Assembly: GCF_000143415.4 (NCBI RefSeq)
Contig: NW_003314269.1
Span: 3,031,060 to 3,095,059, forward strand
Origin: Selaginella moellendorffii
Lineage: Eukaryota > Plantae > Lycopodiophyta
Reading direction: 5' to 3'
DNA length: 64,000 nucleotides
A program made the position numbers and the translations under genes. Every line of letters begins with the position of its first letter. The first letter of the stretch is position 1. The notes under the pieces were generated by a model that had not been told where the DNA came from, did not search any database, and saw only the letters and a program-made list of their open reading frames with translations. Positions 34,241-52,399 of this stretch are shown piece after piece.

Positions 34241-34627
34241 ATGTCTGAAATCTGTTGCTTGTTGGGTGGCGCGTGGTTTGCGGGTTGGAGCTGCTGGTTG
34301 TGCATTAAAGATGGAGATTGCAGCTTTGGTGACGCGGGGTATGGCACTGGAGCTTCCACCAGGGATGGCGAGGCCGAGAAGAAACTTGAGAATGGCATGG
34401 ATTCGGTGGTACTTCCCCTGGAGCTCTACAGCGTGAGGGAGCGAGGGAGAGAGGAGTGCCCCATTTGCCTTGGGGAGTTTGGCGACGGGCAAGAGGTGTG
34501 TGTGTTGCCCAAGTGCAAGCACTTTTACCATCGCGACTGTATCTCGTTGTGGCTCTTCAAGCAACACACTTGCCCGCTTTGCCGCTGTAGCCTCCGACAC
34601 GAGCCAACCGAACTAAAAAGGCTCTAA
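34241..34627 (+). CDS. RING-H2 (ATL-like) E3 ligase, copy 2
   Basis: Intact 128-aa ORF, all eight metal ligands kept; TATA at about 34183. Confidence 0.9.
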   Translation: MSEICCLLGGAWFAGWSCWLCIKDGDCSFGDAGYGTGASTRDGEAEKKLENGMDSVVLPLELYSVRERGREECPICLGEFGDGQEVCVLPKCKHFYHRDCISLWLFKQHTCPLCRCSLRHEPTELKRL

Positions 34628-37600
34628 AATTGTAAAGACTTGAGTTGATAATCCAGAAGATCTCTTGGAATAGAAGAAATGTGAGCTGCTCTTCATTAAA
34701 AGCTTGCCCGGCTCGTCGTATGCAAATGTCACCAAAACAAAACAATACCATCGTTTAGGACTTAGTCGCTGTCCACCACAGTAGGCGAGCGATGGTGATA
34801 ACAGTGCATCCCTGGAAATCACTCCATTGGTGGCACTGTCCACGGATGTGGTGGCCTCGTCCAGTATCAAAACACGGGCTTGTTTTAGCATAACTCGTCC
34901 AAGGCAAAACAATTGTCTCTGTCCGTCCTCACCTTTTACACATACACGCACGAGGTTTCCGAGTCATTTATCCAAGGGTTTTTAAGAAACTTAGAAAGGA
35001 TGCTTTCGAACAGCGTTGGATCCTGTGGAATGATGCTGAGCCTGGATCGGAGATCATCTTCGTTATGTCCATGCCGTCGATCACGATCTTTCCACCGGCT
35101 GGCTCAGAATATGGCCTGGATGAACATGGATTTTTCACTGCCAGTCCGGCCCACGACTCCAATCCTCTCGACTCCGGGAAATACACAGTTATTGTTGAAA
35201 CAAGCGGTGAGTTGGAGTTGTAGCGGACCTATGTCACATAGAAATGTTGTTCAAGTTCCAAAGCCATTATAGAAGTTTTAGAAATTCCTACCTTAAGCTC
35301 CACTAGCTCAACGTTTCATGTGGCAGGCCAGCTTTCCGGAAGCTTAGACTCTTCAATCTCCCATGGTGCCTCGCTGGGAATGCGAGGGGAGGGAGATAAC
35401 CTTATCGAAGCAAACAGAAACCAAAGACAACGTTGGTGAGGAGTTCTAGCCTCATAGAGGCCCACTCCATGGCTGCAGCCGAGTAGAGATAGACTCGAGC
35501 AGACGTGTCGATCCTGTGCATGAAACGCTCTTCCTGGCAAAAGCCTCGTACTGTCGGAGCTCCTGCAATAGATTCCGCAAAGTGGTGAATCCATCTGCCT
35601 GCCTGACGGTATATAACACCTTTGCAAATAGATTCAACTCTAATTAGAACAGAGGTATTGATTGAAAAAGAGATGTACCTGTAGCAAGATACAGAAAACA
35701 AACACAGGAGCAAAAACGACTAAAACTCCAAACTGCTTGAGACATAACTCCCACAATGTATACAAGCTGTACTCCTGAGAACGCAAGGCCCCCAAGCCTG
35801 TAAGGCACATTTAAGTCGAGAGCACTTTGGTCTGTAGAAGCCTGAGATTAAAAACTTCAAACGTAAGCGGATGTACCCGGCTGAGAATTCTACTAGTTGG
35901 AGTCGAATAAAAAAACCACATCAATTGGCAAATGAGTGGAGTATGTCAAAGAAGAACTTCTGAGATGTTGCGAGGCTGATGACATGATGTAGCACCCTGA
36001 GAAGCACGAACAGCGATGCTCCAAATAGAATTCACCAAATGAATTCCTACTGGTGTTCACAGCGATGCTCCAAGCGAAAAATCCTCTGTATCCGATGATC
36101 AACCGAATAGGATCAAACAGCCGTCGCTGAGCCATCCACCTGTCTGACGCAAGATTTGAAACAGTAGCATACTCACCAACATACGCCCTTGTAAACTGCC
36201 GTGCAGTAGTATCCATAAAGTTGCAAACCAAACTACCTTTCTCGCGTTCTTCTTTTTGTACCAGTTGTTCTGCCTTGGGCTCGTTCGACTTCTGCACTTC
36301 TGTTTTTTACTTCATTATTTGGATACCTCCATAGCCTTGTTGTGTGCTCCAACAAGCACTCTTTGGGAAATTTATGTAGAGATTGGCACTCAAGAACAAG
36401 AGGTTTAGCTCGCTTGGAAAAGCTGAGAGTAAGTTCCAGATCGCCCATCTTTAACCTACATTTAGCTCGTCAACGTGGACTTTATTTTATATTGTTGAAT
36501 TAAGAACACATTCTGTGTATGATTTATGAGTGAGATCACAGAGCCAAACAGAGACATACCAGTTTCCACGTCCATGGCACCGAAAGTATCATCAAGTAGG
36601 CAGGTATCACCATCCTGATACAGTGCACGAGCAAGTTGTATCCTTTGCTTCTGGCCGCCCTCCATTTTCTTTTTCTGTCTTTCTTTCACGGCTATCTAAC
36701 CCCGCTTAAATTGACGCCCCTCTCGCCTATTTCTATCTGATTTCCGAATGGAAGAACTTCCAGATCTCTTTTGAGTTGACACATCTCCAGCACGCGATCG
36801 TATTTACTTCTGTCCATAGGCGAGCCAAAACAAACATTATTCTCGATCGGTCCACTTTGTACCCAAGCAGTCTGGCCCACGTACGATGTTCTTCCAGTTA
36901 CCTGGACCTGCAAAAGCAGATGGAAGGAGAATGGTAGAATACAAAAATGCGTACCATAGTTTTGGGATTTCTCCCAGAAGGCACGAGAGCAAGCTCAATT
37001 TTCCGCAAACCGCAACTGTCATCCCTTTTTTGACATCCAGATTAACTCTAGCTCAGGACATCTGACGTCTGCTGCTTCCACCAGAATTACTGTAGGATCT
37101 TGGTCATTTGTCCGAGAAACAGCCTGAAGCTCTGGCTCGTGAAGAAACTTACTCAGCCGATCCAGCGAAACTCTTGTTTGAGACAGAGTTGAAATACAGT
37201 CTGCTAGCCTCCTGTAAAATTCTAAAGGTGGCCACCGCTGAAAGAACTTTCCCAGTGGTCAGAGGTATCTTCAGCACCACACAAGTACCAAAAGTGACCA
37301 CTCCAGTGATCATCTGTCCAGAAGCGGAAAGAAACGATTTCTTCAGCCAGCCATACTCCACACCTCTCAAGGCTTCCAGTTTCTGCAGGTAAGTGAGAAT
37401 CCTCATGCTCTTTAAGCACTCCGTCGTAGGGCGTCCTTGGCCTCCATGATCTTGCCCTGGTACTTGTCTTGCAGGAGCTAAACGGAGTGTTCATAGCCGC
37501 CGAAATCAGCGTAGCAACCACAGTAGCAATCGCAGCAGCCCCGACTTGCTGGTATAGAATAAGAAGTCACCTGAAGCGGGTAAATACGATTTGTGCGTAA

Positions 37601-37845
37601 ACTAATTGGACGCGACAAGATCATCCAAGGCTAGCACAGAACGAGAAGAAAATGTCTCAGCGTCACGAGGCTGGATTGCCTCCTCTCTTGCGCGATGCTA
37701 CCAACAACAAGCCAGGCAGGAGAACTCCTCGGCAAGACGTGATCCATGAAGAAATGCGACACAGAGAAGCAGCGAAAGGGGGAATCTTGATGGTCTTGAG
37801 CTTTCTAGTCCGCCGGGACTTTGTAGACAAGAAGAAACTCACAAG
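34628..37845 (-). pseudogene. ABCC transporter pseudogene copy B
   Basis: [57 protein letters not shown] and YLQKLEALRGVEYGWLKKSFL fragments with many indels. Confidence 0.92.
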
Positions 37846-38128
37846 AAAAAATTCAGACTCAACTCCTTCAGATTAAATATCACGTTCGTTCCTGCCTCTA
37901 CAGAGTTTTACATTCTGGCAGATTTTATACCAACGCTGTCGCAAACAAAAACTCCCTGAAGTCAGCCACAAAGTAGCTAAGGTGGCCATTCTAGTCGTCC
38001 AAATTATTGCGAGCTGCGTCAAGAACGATTTCTTCAGCCAACCACTCCAACCGCTGAAAAGGTGGCTGGTATAAAAGAGCCCCAAAGAGGTGAAAGGAAA
38101 AACCCTATCACACCGACTATAGTGGGCG

Positions 38129-38515
38129 ATGTCTGAAATCTGTTGCTTGTTGGGTGGCGCCTGGTTTGCGGGTTGGAGCTGCTGGTTGTGCATCAAAGAT
38201 GGAGATTGCAGCTTTGGTGACGCGGGGTATGGCACTGGAGCTTCCACCAGGGATGGCGAGGCCGAGAAGAAACTTGAGAATGGCATGGATTCGGTGGTAC
38301 TTCCCCTGGAGCTCTACAGCGTGAGGGAGCGAGGGAGAGAGGAGTGCCCGATTTGCCTTGGGGAGTTTGGCGACGGGCAAGAGGTGACTGTGTTGCCCAA
38401 GTGCAAGCACTTCTACCATCGCGACTGTCTCTCGTCGTGGCTCTTCAGGCAACCCACTTGCCCGCTTTGCCGCTGTAGCGTCCGACACGGGCCAACCGAA
38501 CTTAAAAGGCTCTAA
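38129..38515 (+). CDS. RING-H2 (ATL-like) E3 ligase, copy 3
   Basis: Intact 128-aa ORF; TATA at about 38070. Confidence 0.9.
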   Translation: MSEICCLLGGAWFAGWSCWLCIKDGDCSFGDAGYGTGASTRDGEAEKKLENGMDSVVLPLELYSVRERGREECPICLGEFGDGQEVTVLPKCKHFYHRDCLSSWLFRQPTCPLCRCSVRHGPTELKRL

Positions 38516-39853
38516 AATTGTTTAGAAGATCTCTTGGAATAGAAGAAATGTGAGTTGCTCTTCATTAAACAGCTACCGAGAAAGATTGTTATGCAAATGT
38601 CACCAAAACAAAAACAATACCATCGTTTAGGTTTACTACTTAGTCGCTGTCCACCACAGTAGGTGAGCAATGTTGATAACAGTAGCGCTGTCCACGGATG
38701 TGGTGGCTTCGTCCAGTACCAAAACAGGGGCTTGTTTTCGCATAGGCAAAACAATTGTCTCTATCCCATGCTCCAGTTCTCACCATTTTCAAAACATAAG
38801 AAAACTTTTACACATTTATTGCCTGTCCAGCTTTTCTTCCTTGGCACGCACGAGGTCTCCGAGTCATTTATCCAAGGGTGCACTTAGCACCTACAAGAAT
38901 AACTAGTTTTAACTGATCTAGCGGATGATGCCTTCGAACAGCGCTGGATCCTATGGAATGATGCTGAGTTTGGATCGGAGATCATCTTCATTATGTCTAT
39001 GCTGTCAATCACGCTCTTTCCACTGGCTGGCTCGGAATATGGCCTGAATGCTATATCACATAGAAACGTTTTTGTTGTTAAATTTCCAAAGCCATTATAG
39101 AAGTTTTAGAAATTCCTACCTTAAGCTCCTAGCTCAGCGCTTCCTGTGGCAGGTCAGCTTTCCGGAAGCTTAGACTCTTCAATCGCATTGCTGGGAATGC
39201 GAGAATATTGCTGCCGGGAGGGAGATAGCCGATTAGAATCAAACAGAAACCAAAGACAACGTTGGTGGTGGAGTTCTAGTCATAGAAGCCCACTCCATGA
39301 CTGCAGCCGAGTAGAGATAGGCTCGAGCAGACGTATTGATCCTGTGCTTGAAACGCTCTTCCTGGCAAAAGCCTCGTACTGTCGGAGCTCCTGCAATAGA
39401 TTCCGCAAGGTGAATCCTTCTGGATGCCTTAAAGCCTGGAAAGCTCCCTGCCTGACGATATGTAATACCTCTGCAAATAAATGCAACCTCATTAGGACAG
39501 AGGTGTTGATTGAAAACGATGAGTCCGGTGAAAGAAGCGGAATGGTTGGTTCCGGTATTATTATTACATTATTCTCGATCATTCCACTTTGTACCCAACA
39601 GTCTGGCCCACGTATGATGTTCTTCCAGTTACCTGGACCTGTAAAAGCAGATGTAAGGAAAGAAAGAGAGAATGGTAAAATGCGTACCATGCCAGCACGA
39701 GAGCAAGCTCGATTTACCGGAACCAACCATTCCGCAAACCGCAACTGTCGTCCCTTTTAGACATCCATATTAACTCCAGATAACGAGAGCTTAGAACTCA
39801 CTGATGTCTGCTGCTTCCACCAGAATTACTGTAGGATCTTGGTCATTTGTCCG
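38516..39853 (-). pseudogene. ABCC transporter pseudogene copy C (A-type, internally deleted)
   Basis: Closely matches copy A (30486-31395 and about 32570-32820) with a deletion of about 1.2 kb at about 39520-39566. Confidence 0.9.
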
Positions 39854-40345
39854 TCTCGAGCTCGACGATCAAAGAACCTCCCAGGGACAGGCTCACGCTT
39901 CCGTTCAAACCACACGACGAGGAATGCAGCACCACCACAGCGATCCACGGCATTGCGTTCGAGAGCAAAGGAGTCTCCACGATGGAGCCGGAGTTGGGCG
40001 ATGGACAATCGAGTTCCAATCGATGGAAGGTACGTCCCCAGCCCCACGATCTCGAAACTATATAAGTTTCGATCCATCACAGTCAGGGAATTAATCCATC
40101 GCCGTCCTCGTTTGTTCTCTTCGTCAGGTACATTGGTGGCGTGGAGCGGCTAAACGAAAAAACAAGGGCCAGCTTCGCAAGCTCTTGCATGATAAGCAGC
40201 GGATATTTGCGGACAGACACCGCCATGGCTTGCAAGGGGTGTGGAGGAGCGAGCTTGGTGCCATGCCTGGATTGCAATGGGAGCCGCCGGTTTATAGCGG
40301 ACAATGAGCTGTACGGAGCGTACGGTAAATGGCATACGGTGCCCG
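39854..40345 (+). pseudogene. Second 5'-truncated glutaredoxin-like duplicate
   Basis: Matches about 29482-30000 with indels. Confidence 0.88.
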
Positions 40346-40428
40346 CGATCGGAAAAGGTGGCGGACTGGTATAAAAGAGCCCCAAAGAGGTGAAAGGACA
40401 AACCCTATCACACCGATTATAGTGGGCG

Positions 40429-40815
40429 ATGTCTGAAATCTGTTGCTTGTTGGGTGGCGCGTGGTTTGCGGGTTGGAGCTGCTGGTTGTGCTTCAAAGAT
40501 GGAGATTGCAGCTTTGGTGACGCGGAGTATGGCGCTGGAGCTTCCACCAGGGATGGCGAGGCCGAGAAGGAATTTGAGAATGGCATGGATTCGGTGGTAC
40601 TTCCCCTGGAGCTCTACAGCGTGAGGGAGCGAGGGAGAGAGGAGTGCCCGATTTGCCTTGGGGAGTTTGGCGACGGGCAAGAGGTGACTGTGTTGCCCAA
40701 GTGCAAGCACTTCTACCATCGCGACTGTCTCTCGTCGTGGCTCTTCAGGCAACCCACTTGCCCGCTTTGCCGCTGTAGCCTCCGACACGAGCCAACCGAA
40801 CTAAAAAGGCTCTAA
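40429..40815 (+). CDS. RING-H2 (ATL-like) E3 ligase, copy 4
   Basis: Intact 128-aa ORF; TATA at about 40370. Confidence 0.9.
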   Translation: MSEICCLLGGAWFAGWSCWLCFKDGDCSFGDAEYGAGASTRDGEAEKEFENGMDSVVLPLELYSVRERGREECPICLGEFGDGQEVTVLPKCKHFYHRDCLSSWLFRQPTCPLCRCSLRHEPTELKRL

Positions 40816-43800
40816 AATTGTAAAGACTTGAGTTGATAATCCAGAAGATCTCTTGGAATAGAAGAAATGTGAGCTGCTCGTCATTAAAAGCTTGCCCAGC
40901 TCGTCGTATGCAAATGTCACCAAAACAAAACAATACCATCGTTTAGGACTTAGTCGCTGTCCACCACAGTAGGCGAGCGATGGTGATAACAGTGCATCCC
41001 TGGAAATCACTCCATCGGTGGCACTGTCCACGGATGTGGTGGCCTCGTCCAGTATCAATACACGGGCTTGTTTTAGCATAACTCGTCCAAGGCAAAACAA
41101 TTGTCTCTGTCCCATGCTCCAGTTTTCACCATTTTCAGACAGCAAAAGTCACCGAGAAGGTAGGCTGTCTCTAGCACTTGCAAGGGATGGGCTTGCCTTC
41201 CTTGTCTGTGAGAGCTTTATAAGCAGCTTTGATCCTCAGAGAAAAGGAAGAAAACTTTTACACATACACGCACGAGGTTTCCAAGTCATTTATCCAAGGG
41301 TTTTGAAGAAACTTAGAAAGGATGAGTCTCCACTCACATTTGTTTAAATACCAAGTTTTATAGCGAATGGTGCCTTCGAACAGCGTTGGATCTGTGGAAT
41401 GGTGCTGAGCCTGGATCGGAGATCATCTTCGTTATGTCCACGCCGTCGATCACGCTCTTTCCACCGGCTGGCTCAGAATATGGCATGGATGAGCGTGGAT
41501 TTTCCACTGCCAGTCCGGCCCACGACTCCAATCCTCTTGACTCCGGGAAATACACAGTTATTGTTGTGAAACAGGAGCGGTGAGTTGGAGTTATAGCGGA
41601 CCTATGTCACGTAGAAATGTTGTTCAAGTTCCAAAGCCATTATCGAAGTTTTAGAAATTCCTACCTACGTTTCCTGTGGCAGGCCAGCTTTCCGGAAGCT
41701 TAGACTCTTCAATCTCCCATGGTGCCTCGCTGGGAATGCGAGGGGAGGGAGATAACCTTATTGAAGAAAACAGAAACCAAAGACAACGTTGGTGAGGAGT
41801 TCTAGCCTCATAGAGGCCCACTCCATGGCTGCAGCCGAGTAGAGATAGACTCGAGCAGACGTGTCGATCCTGTGCATGAAACGCTCTTCCTGGCAAAAAC
41901 CTCGTACTGTCGGAGCTCCTGCAATAGATTCCGCAAAGTGGTGACTCCTTGAAGCCTGGAAAGCTCCCTGCCTGACGGTATATAAGACCTTTGCAAATAG
42001 ATTCAACTCTAATTAGGACAGAGGTATTGATTGAAAAAGAGATTTACCTGTAGCAAGATACAGAAAACAAACACAGGAGCAAAAACGATTAAGACTCCAA
42101 ACTGCTTGAGACATAACTCCCACAATATATAAAAGCTGTACTCCTGAGAACGCAAGGCCCCCAAGCCTGCAAGGCACATTTAAGTCGAGAGCACTTTGGT
42201 CTGTAGAAGCCTGAGATTTAAAAACTTCAAATGTAAACAGACGTACCCGGCTGAGAATTCTACCTTGGAGTTAAATAAAAAAACCACATCAATTGGCAAA
42301 TGAGTGGAGTATGTCAAAGAAGAACTTCTGAGATGTCGCGAGGCTGATGACATGATGTAGCACCCTGAGAAGCACGAACAGCGATGCTCCAAACGGAATT
42401 CCTACCAGTGTTCACAGCGATGCTCCAAGCAAAAAATCCTCTGTATCCGATGATCAACCGAATGGGATCAAACACGCCGTCGATGAGCCATCCACCAGTC
42501 TGACGCAAGATTTGAAACAGTAGCATACTCACCAATATACGCCCTTGTAAACTGCCATGCAGTAGTATCAGTAAACTTGCAAACCAAAACTACCTTTCTC
42601 GTGTTCTTCTTTTTGTACCAGTTGTTCTGCCTTGGGCTCATTCGACTTCTGCACTTCTGTTTTTTACTTCATTATTTGGATACCTCCATAGCCTTGTTGT
42701 GTGCTCCAACAAGCACTCTTTGGGAAATTTATGTAGAGATTGGCACTCAAGAACAAGAGGTTTAACTCGCTTGGAAAAGCTGAGAGTAAGGTCCAGATCG
42801 CCCATCTTTTACCTACATTTAGCTCGTCAACGTGTACTTTATTTTATATTGTTACCAATAATGAATTAAGTGAATTAAGAACACATTTTGCGTAAAATTT
42901 ATGAGTGAGAGATCACAGAGCCAAACAGAGACATGCTTACCTTGAAGATTTGAGTACCAGTTTCCACGTCCATGGCACCGAAAGTATCATCAAGTAGGTA
43001 GGTATCACCATCCTGATACAGTGCACGAGCAAGTTGTATCCTTTGCTTCTGGCCGCCCGGCCATGGCCTCCATTTTCTTTTTCTGTCTTTCTTTCACGGC
43101 TATCTAACCCCGCTTAAATTGATGCCCCTCTCGCTTATTTCTGTCTGATCTCCGAATGGAAGAACTTCCATATCTCTTTTGAGTTGACACATCTCCAGCA
43201 CGCGATCGTATTACTTCTGTCCATAAAACAAACATTATTCTCGACCATTCCACTTTGTACCCAAGCAGTCTGGCCCACATACGATGTTCTTCCAGTTACC
43301 TGGACCTGCAAAAGCAGATGTAAGGAGAATGGTAGAATACAAAAATGCATACCATAGCCTTGGGATTTCTCCGAGAGCAAGCTCAATTTTCCGCAAACCG
43401 CAACTGTCATCCCTTTTTTGACATCCAGATTAACTCTAGCTCAGGACATCTGACGTCTGCTGCTTCCACCAGAATTACTGTAGGATCTTGGTCATTTGTC
43501 CAAGAAACAGCATCAGCCTGAAGCTCTGGCTCGTGAAGAAACTTACTCAGCCGATCCAGCGATCTTGTTTGAGACAGAGTTGAAATACAGTCTGCTAGCC
43601 TCCTGTAAAATTCTAAAGGTGGCCAGCGCTGAAAAGTGGTTAGAGGTATCTTCAGCACCACACAAGTACCAAAAGTGACCACTCCAATGATCATTTGTCC
43701 AGAAGAGGAAAGAACGATTTCTTCAGCCAGCCATACTCCACACCTCTCAAGGCTTCCAGTTTCTGCAGGTAAGTGAGAATCCTCATGCTCTTTAAGCACT

Positions 43801-44235
43801 CCGTCGTTGCTCGCATTCGGGCGTCCTTGGCCTCCATGATCTTGCCCTGGTACTTGTCTTGCAGGAGCTAAACGGAGTGTTTATAGCCGCCGAAATCAGC
43901 GTAGCAACCACAGTAGCAATCGCAGCAGCTCCGACTTGCTGGTATAGAATAAGAAGTCACCTGAAGCGGGTAAATACGATTTGTGCGTAAACTAATTGGA
44001 CGCGACAAGATCATCCAAGGCTAGCACAGAACGAGAAGAAAATGTCTCAGCGTCACGAGGCCGGATTGCTTCCTCTCTTGCGCGATGCTACCAACAACAA
44101 GCCAGGCAGGAGAACTCCTCCGCAGGACGTGATCCATGAAGAAATGAGACACAGAGAAGCAGCGGAAGGGGGAATTTTGACGGTCTTGAGCTTGCTAGTC
44201 CGCCGGGACTTTGTAGACAAGAAGAAACTCACAAG
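40816..44235 (-). pseudogene. ABCC transporter pseudogene copy D (B-type)
   Basis: Near-colinear with copy B, including the shared downstream 200-bp block (37845-38045 versus 44235-44430). Confidence 0.92.
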
Positions 44236-44714
44236 AAAAAATTCAGACTCAATTCCTTCAGATTAAATATCACGTTCGTTCCTGCCTCGTGAAGTCTACA
44301 GAGTTTTACATTCTGGCAACACTGTCGCAAACAAAAACTCGCTGAAGTCAGCCACAAAGTAGCTAAGGTGACCATTCTAGTCGTCCAAATTATTGCGAGC
44401 TGCGTCATGAACGATTTCTTCAGCCAGCCATAGTGACTACTCCAATCACAGAACTACAGCAAAAACAAACACGCCTCACGACAAGGAACCGCTGTCAAAG
44501 AAGGCGAGAGGCTCGGAAGCTTGCTTTGAACTTTCGTGAAAAAAACCCGTGGGCTGCCGGGCAAGTCCTCTGGCTCCAAAGTCCTCTTTGCTCCGAGAGC
44601 CAGCATAGCAAGCTTAGATTCCCATTGTCGCGTGTAAATATGTGTCCAATATCCTTAGACCACGACCTTGACTGGCGACATTTTCTTCAGAGGCAAGTCA
44701 CAAAATGGTGGCTT

Positions 44715-45242
44715 TGCCTTGGACGATCCCGGTGGCACCGCCGGCGCTTGGCGGTGGAGCAACCTCGCAGAAAAACACGACCAAGTCGGGATAATCCGCA
44801 AGCTGTGGCAAAGATTCAAGAAACAAGAAGTCTTAGAATGAAAAATGGGAAAACCTTACGTAGCTCATTTCATTGTGAAATCCAAGCTCGGTTTCAGCGT
44901 CGAGGGCATTGTTTGTGTAGACAGGCCCGACAATGTGCTTCCTCCTCGCAGCTCCAGCTCTGTGACCCATGCTCTCATATCCAAACGCTTCCACCACTCG
45001 AGCAAATTCCTCCGCATTTGACACGCCGAATCCCCGGAACAAAATCGCGCCAGGGCTCCCAAAGAGTTGACCTTCCAGATCCCAATTGCGAGATCATTGC
45101 CGGAGTCTCCACTGGAAGCTCCTGCACAAGAGCCCAAACACGGAGCATACAGATCGAGAAGAGAATGCAGGAACATACCAGGCGTAATTACAAGAGGGAT
45201 GGCGTCCGTGTTCTTGGGATTGAGAAGCTTTGCCATTGCCAT
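44715..45242 (-). pseudogene. Clavaminate synthase-like (TauD/TfdA 2-oxoglutarate dioxygenase) fragment, frameshifted and 3'-truncated
   Basis: MAMAKLLNPKNTDAIPLVITP|..., frameshift, GAILFRGFGVSNAEEFARVVEAFGYE...GAARRKHIVGPVYTNN...LGFHNEMSY|LADYPDLVVFFCEVAPPPSAGGATGIV. The HxE iron-binding motif is present; the rest of the fold is missing. Confidence 0.8.
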
Positions 45243-45361
45243 CGCTAAGTTAGAATATTCAATGTTTTCGGTCACCTTTATACATACCAAGTTTGAGAAA
45301 CTATCCTTTTTACTGCATGATTCGGAGGATCCAAAAGATATCTTGGAAAACGCTTGAAGAA

Positions 45362-46455
45362 ATACGAGCTCCTCTTCTTCCCCAGCTCGTCGTATTTAGC
45401 TATGCGTCCTGGAAAAAGATAAACTTGAAAAAAAAGAGAGTAAGATTTCCAACCAACGTGTAGGGCCAGAACGTAGTCGCTGTCAACTTTGTCGCGATGG
45501 TGGATGGATCATTCCATCGGTAGCACTGTCCACGGACGCGGTGGGCTCGTCTGGGTGCCAAAACACGGCCTTGTTTTAGCATCACTCGTCCAAGGCCTAA
45601 CAACATGGCCTCTTAGGAAATAGAAGAATGACAGAACTTATCTCCCAGATTTCTGGATCTGAGAACTGTCCAAGGGGGTCGAGATTATAGCAGATTCTCG
45701 TTCGCTGCTATTGACTCGCCAAAGTGATGTATGATTGCAGCTCTTTGAAGACCTTGAAGTCCAGAAAGTTCTCTGGCAATATTTCTGCCAAACACGTTGA
45801 AGGATCGTCAAGTAGGTGGATACCAGCATCCTGTTGGCAGGCATATGCAGTCGTGAAGAAAGTTGTTCACCCGATCTAGCGAGATTTTGTTTGCGACAGT
45901 GTGATTAAGTCTGGGAGAATTGTAAATAACTCCTGGGCCAAAAGAACTTTCCCAGTAGTCAGAGGTATCTTCGGCACCACACAAGTCCCTAACTCGTCTG
46001 TCATCGCCAGCGAGCTAATCACGACGAGGAAATCACCATCCATAGAAGAAGGCGGGATTGTTCTTCTCGGAAGCCTGCTCGAACTTTCCCACTTTTTGTG
46101 AGAAAAAGAAAGCTCGTAAGCTGCTGATGCTCTTTTTCCTGTGCTACCTGTAGCAAATGTTCGTCCAAAGTCTTCTTGGCTGCTCTGGCGTACAGAGTAA
46201 CGTTGTCTTCACCCTTGTCCACTAACCAGAACTGTGATCCCTCTTCGTCCCCAAGCATCCAGGCCAGGCACTCCAGGATTTGTGTTTAACCTTGGAAGGT
46301 CATGCACAGAGAGCACAAACTTGGGAAGACCAGCAAACGAGGCAATCCACCACACCCAAATGCAGCTGGTATAGGATACTTGTACGATACTAGCGATGCT
46401 AATGCTAGATTCTTGACAGCTCGGGATCTTGCAAAGAAACTCACAAGCCAGGAGC
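45362..46455 (-). pseudogene. Older, heavily deleted ABCC copy E, head-to-head with the intact gene
   Basis: [26 protein letters not shown] and DKGEDNVTLYARA...LLQVAQE fragments; AAGAAACTCACAAGCCAGGAG (about 46434-46454) is the reverse complement of about 46877-46897. Confidence 0.8.
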
Positions 46456-46707
46456 GTGGCACTCGGATTTCGGCGTCGAATAACCGATGATCAGCTTACA
46501 ATTGTCTTTACAATTGTTTAGCCAGCCGTGGTAGATCCGAATATGCGCGTCACGAGCGACGAAAGGAGACCTTGACTGGCGAGAAAGTTTTTTCTTCGGA
46601 GGCAAGTCACAAAATGGTATATAATGCCGTTTTCTAGGGCTTTGTTTTCGCCACGGCCGGCCTCTTTCTTCTCCCAGCAACGCATTTTTCTAGCGCCGAA
46701 ATCAGCG

Positions 46708-51794
<5,087 letters not shown>

Positions 51795-52399
51795 ACCTAC
51801 GTTCGAGCTAGCAAGCTCGCAGCTAGAATAGAACAAATGGCTCTAAAGATCACAGACGAAGAACAAGTCTCAGTTGAGTGGCAAGCCAGGGTTGTGAACA
51901 ATCAATCAGTGCTCGGACTGATGATCAAAACATCTGAGCTTGGGGCAACATTTATATATGCTTATTTAGTATTATTTATTAATCTAATTAGCTGGTAAAA
52001 TAATAGAATATAAATACTTTAGATAAAATAATAGAATATACTATAAAGTGTTTATAGGAAAGTTTATAAATTATAAATATGCTTATAAATTATAAATACA
52101 AAATTAATCTAAATGAGTTAGATAGTAGAACATTTAAATATAGTCCCTACCACCCTAAGAAACCCATAAATGTTTATAGGTGATATATGGAATATTTCTA
52201 GATATTTTGACGTACTATACCATCTAACAATGTAAGTGTATGGAATAATAAATTGTGTATATTAGTCTAAAAACCTGAACTTATATATAAGAGTGAGTGG
52301 TCTGAATTAAACCAATTTAATAACTACTAAAATCCCACTATGCTAATAATAATAATATAGAGCATTATAACTGTACACCTAAACTCTCTTTTTAGAAGG

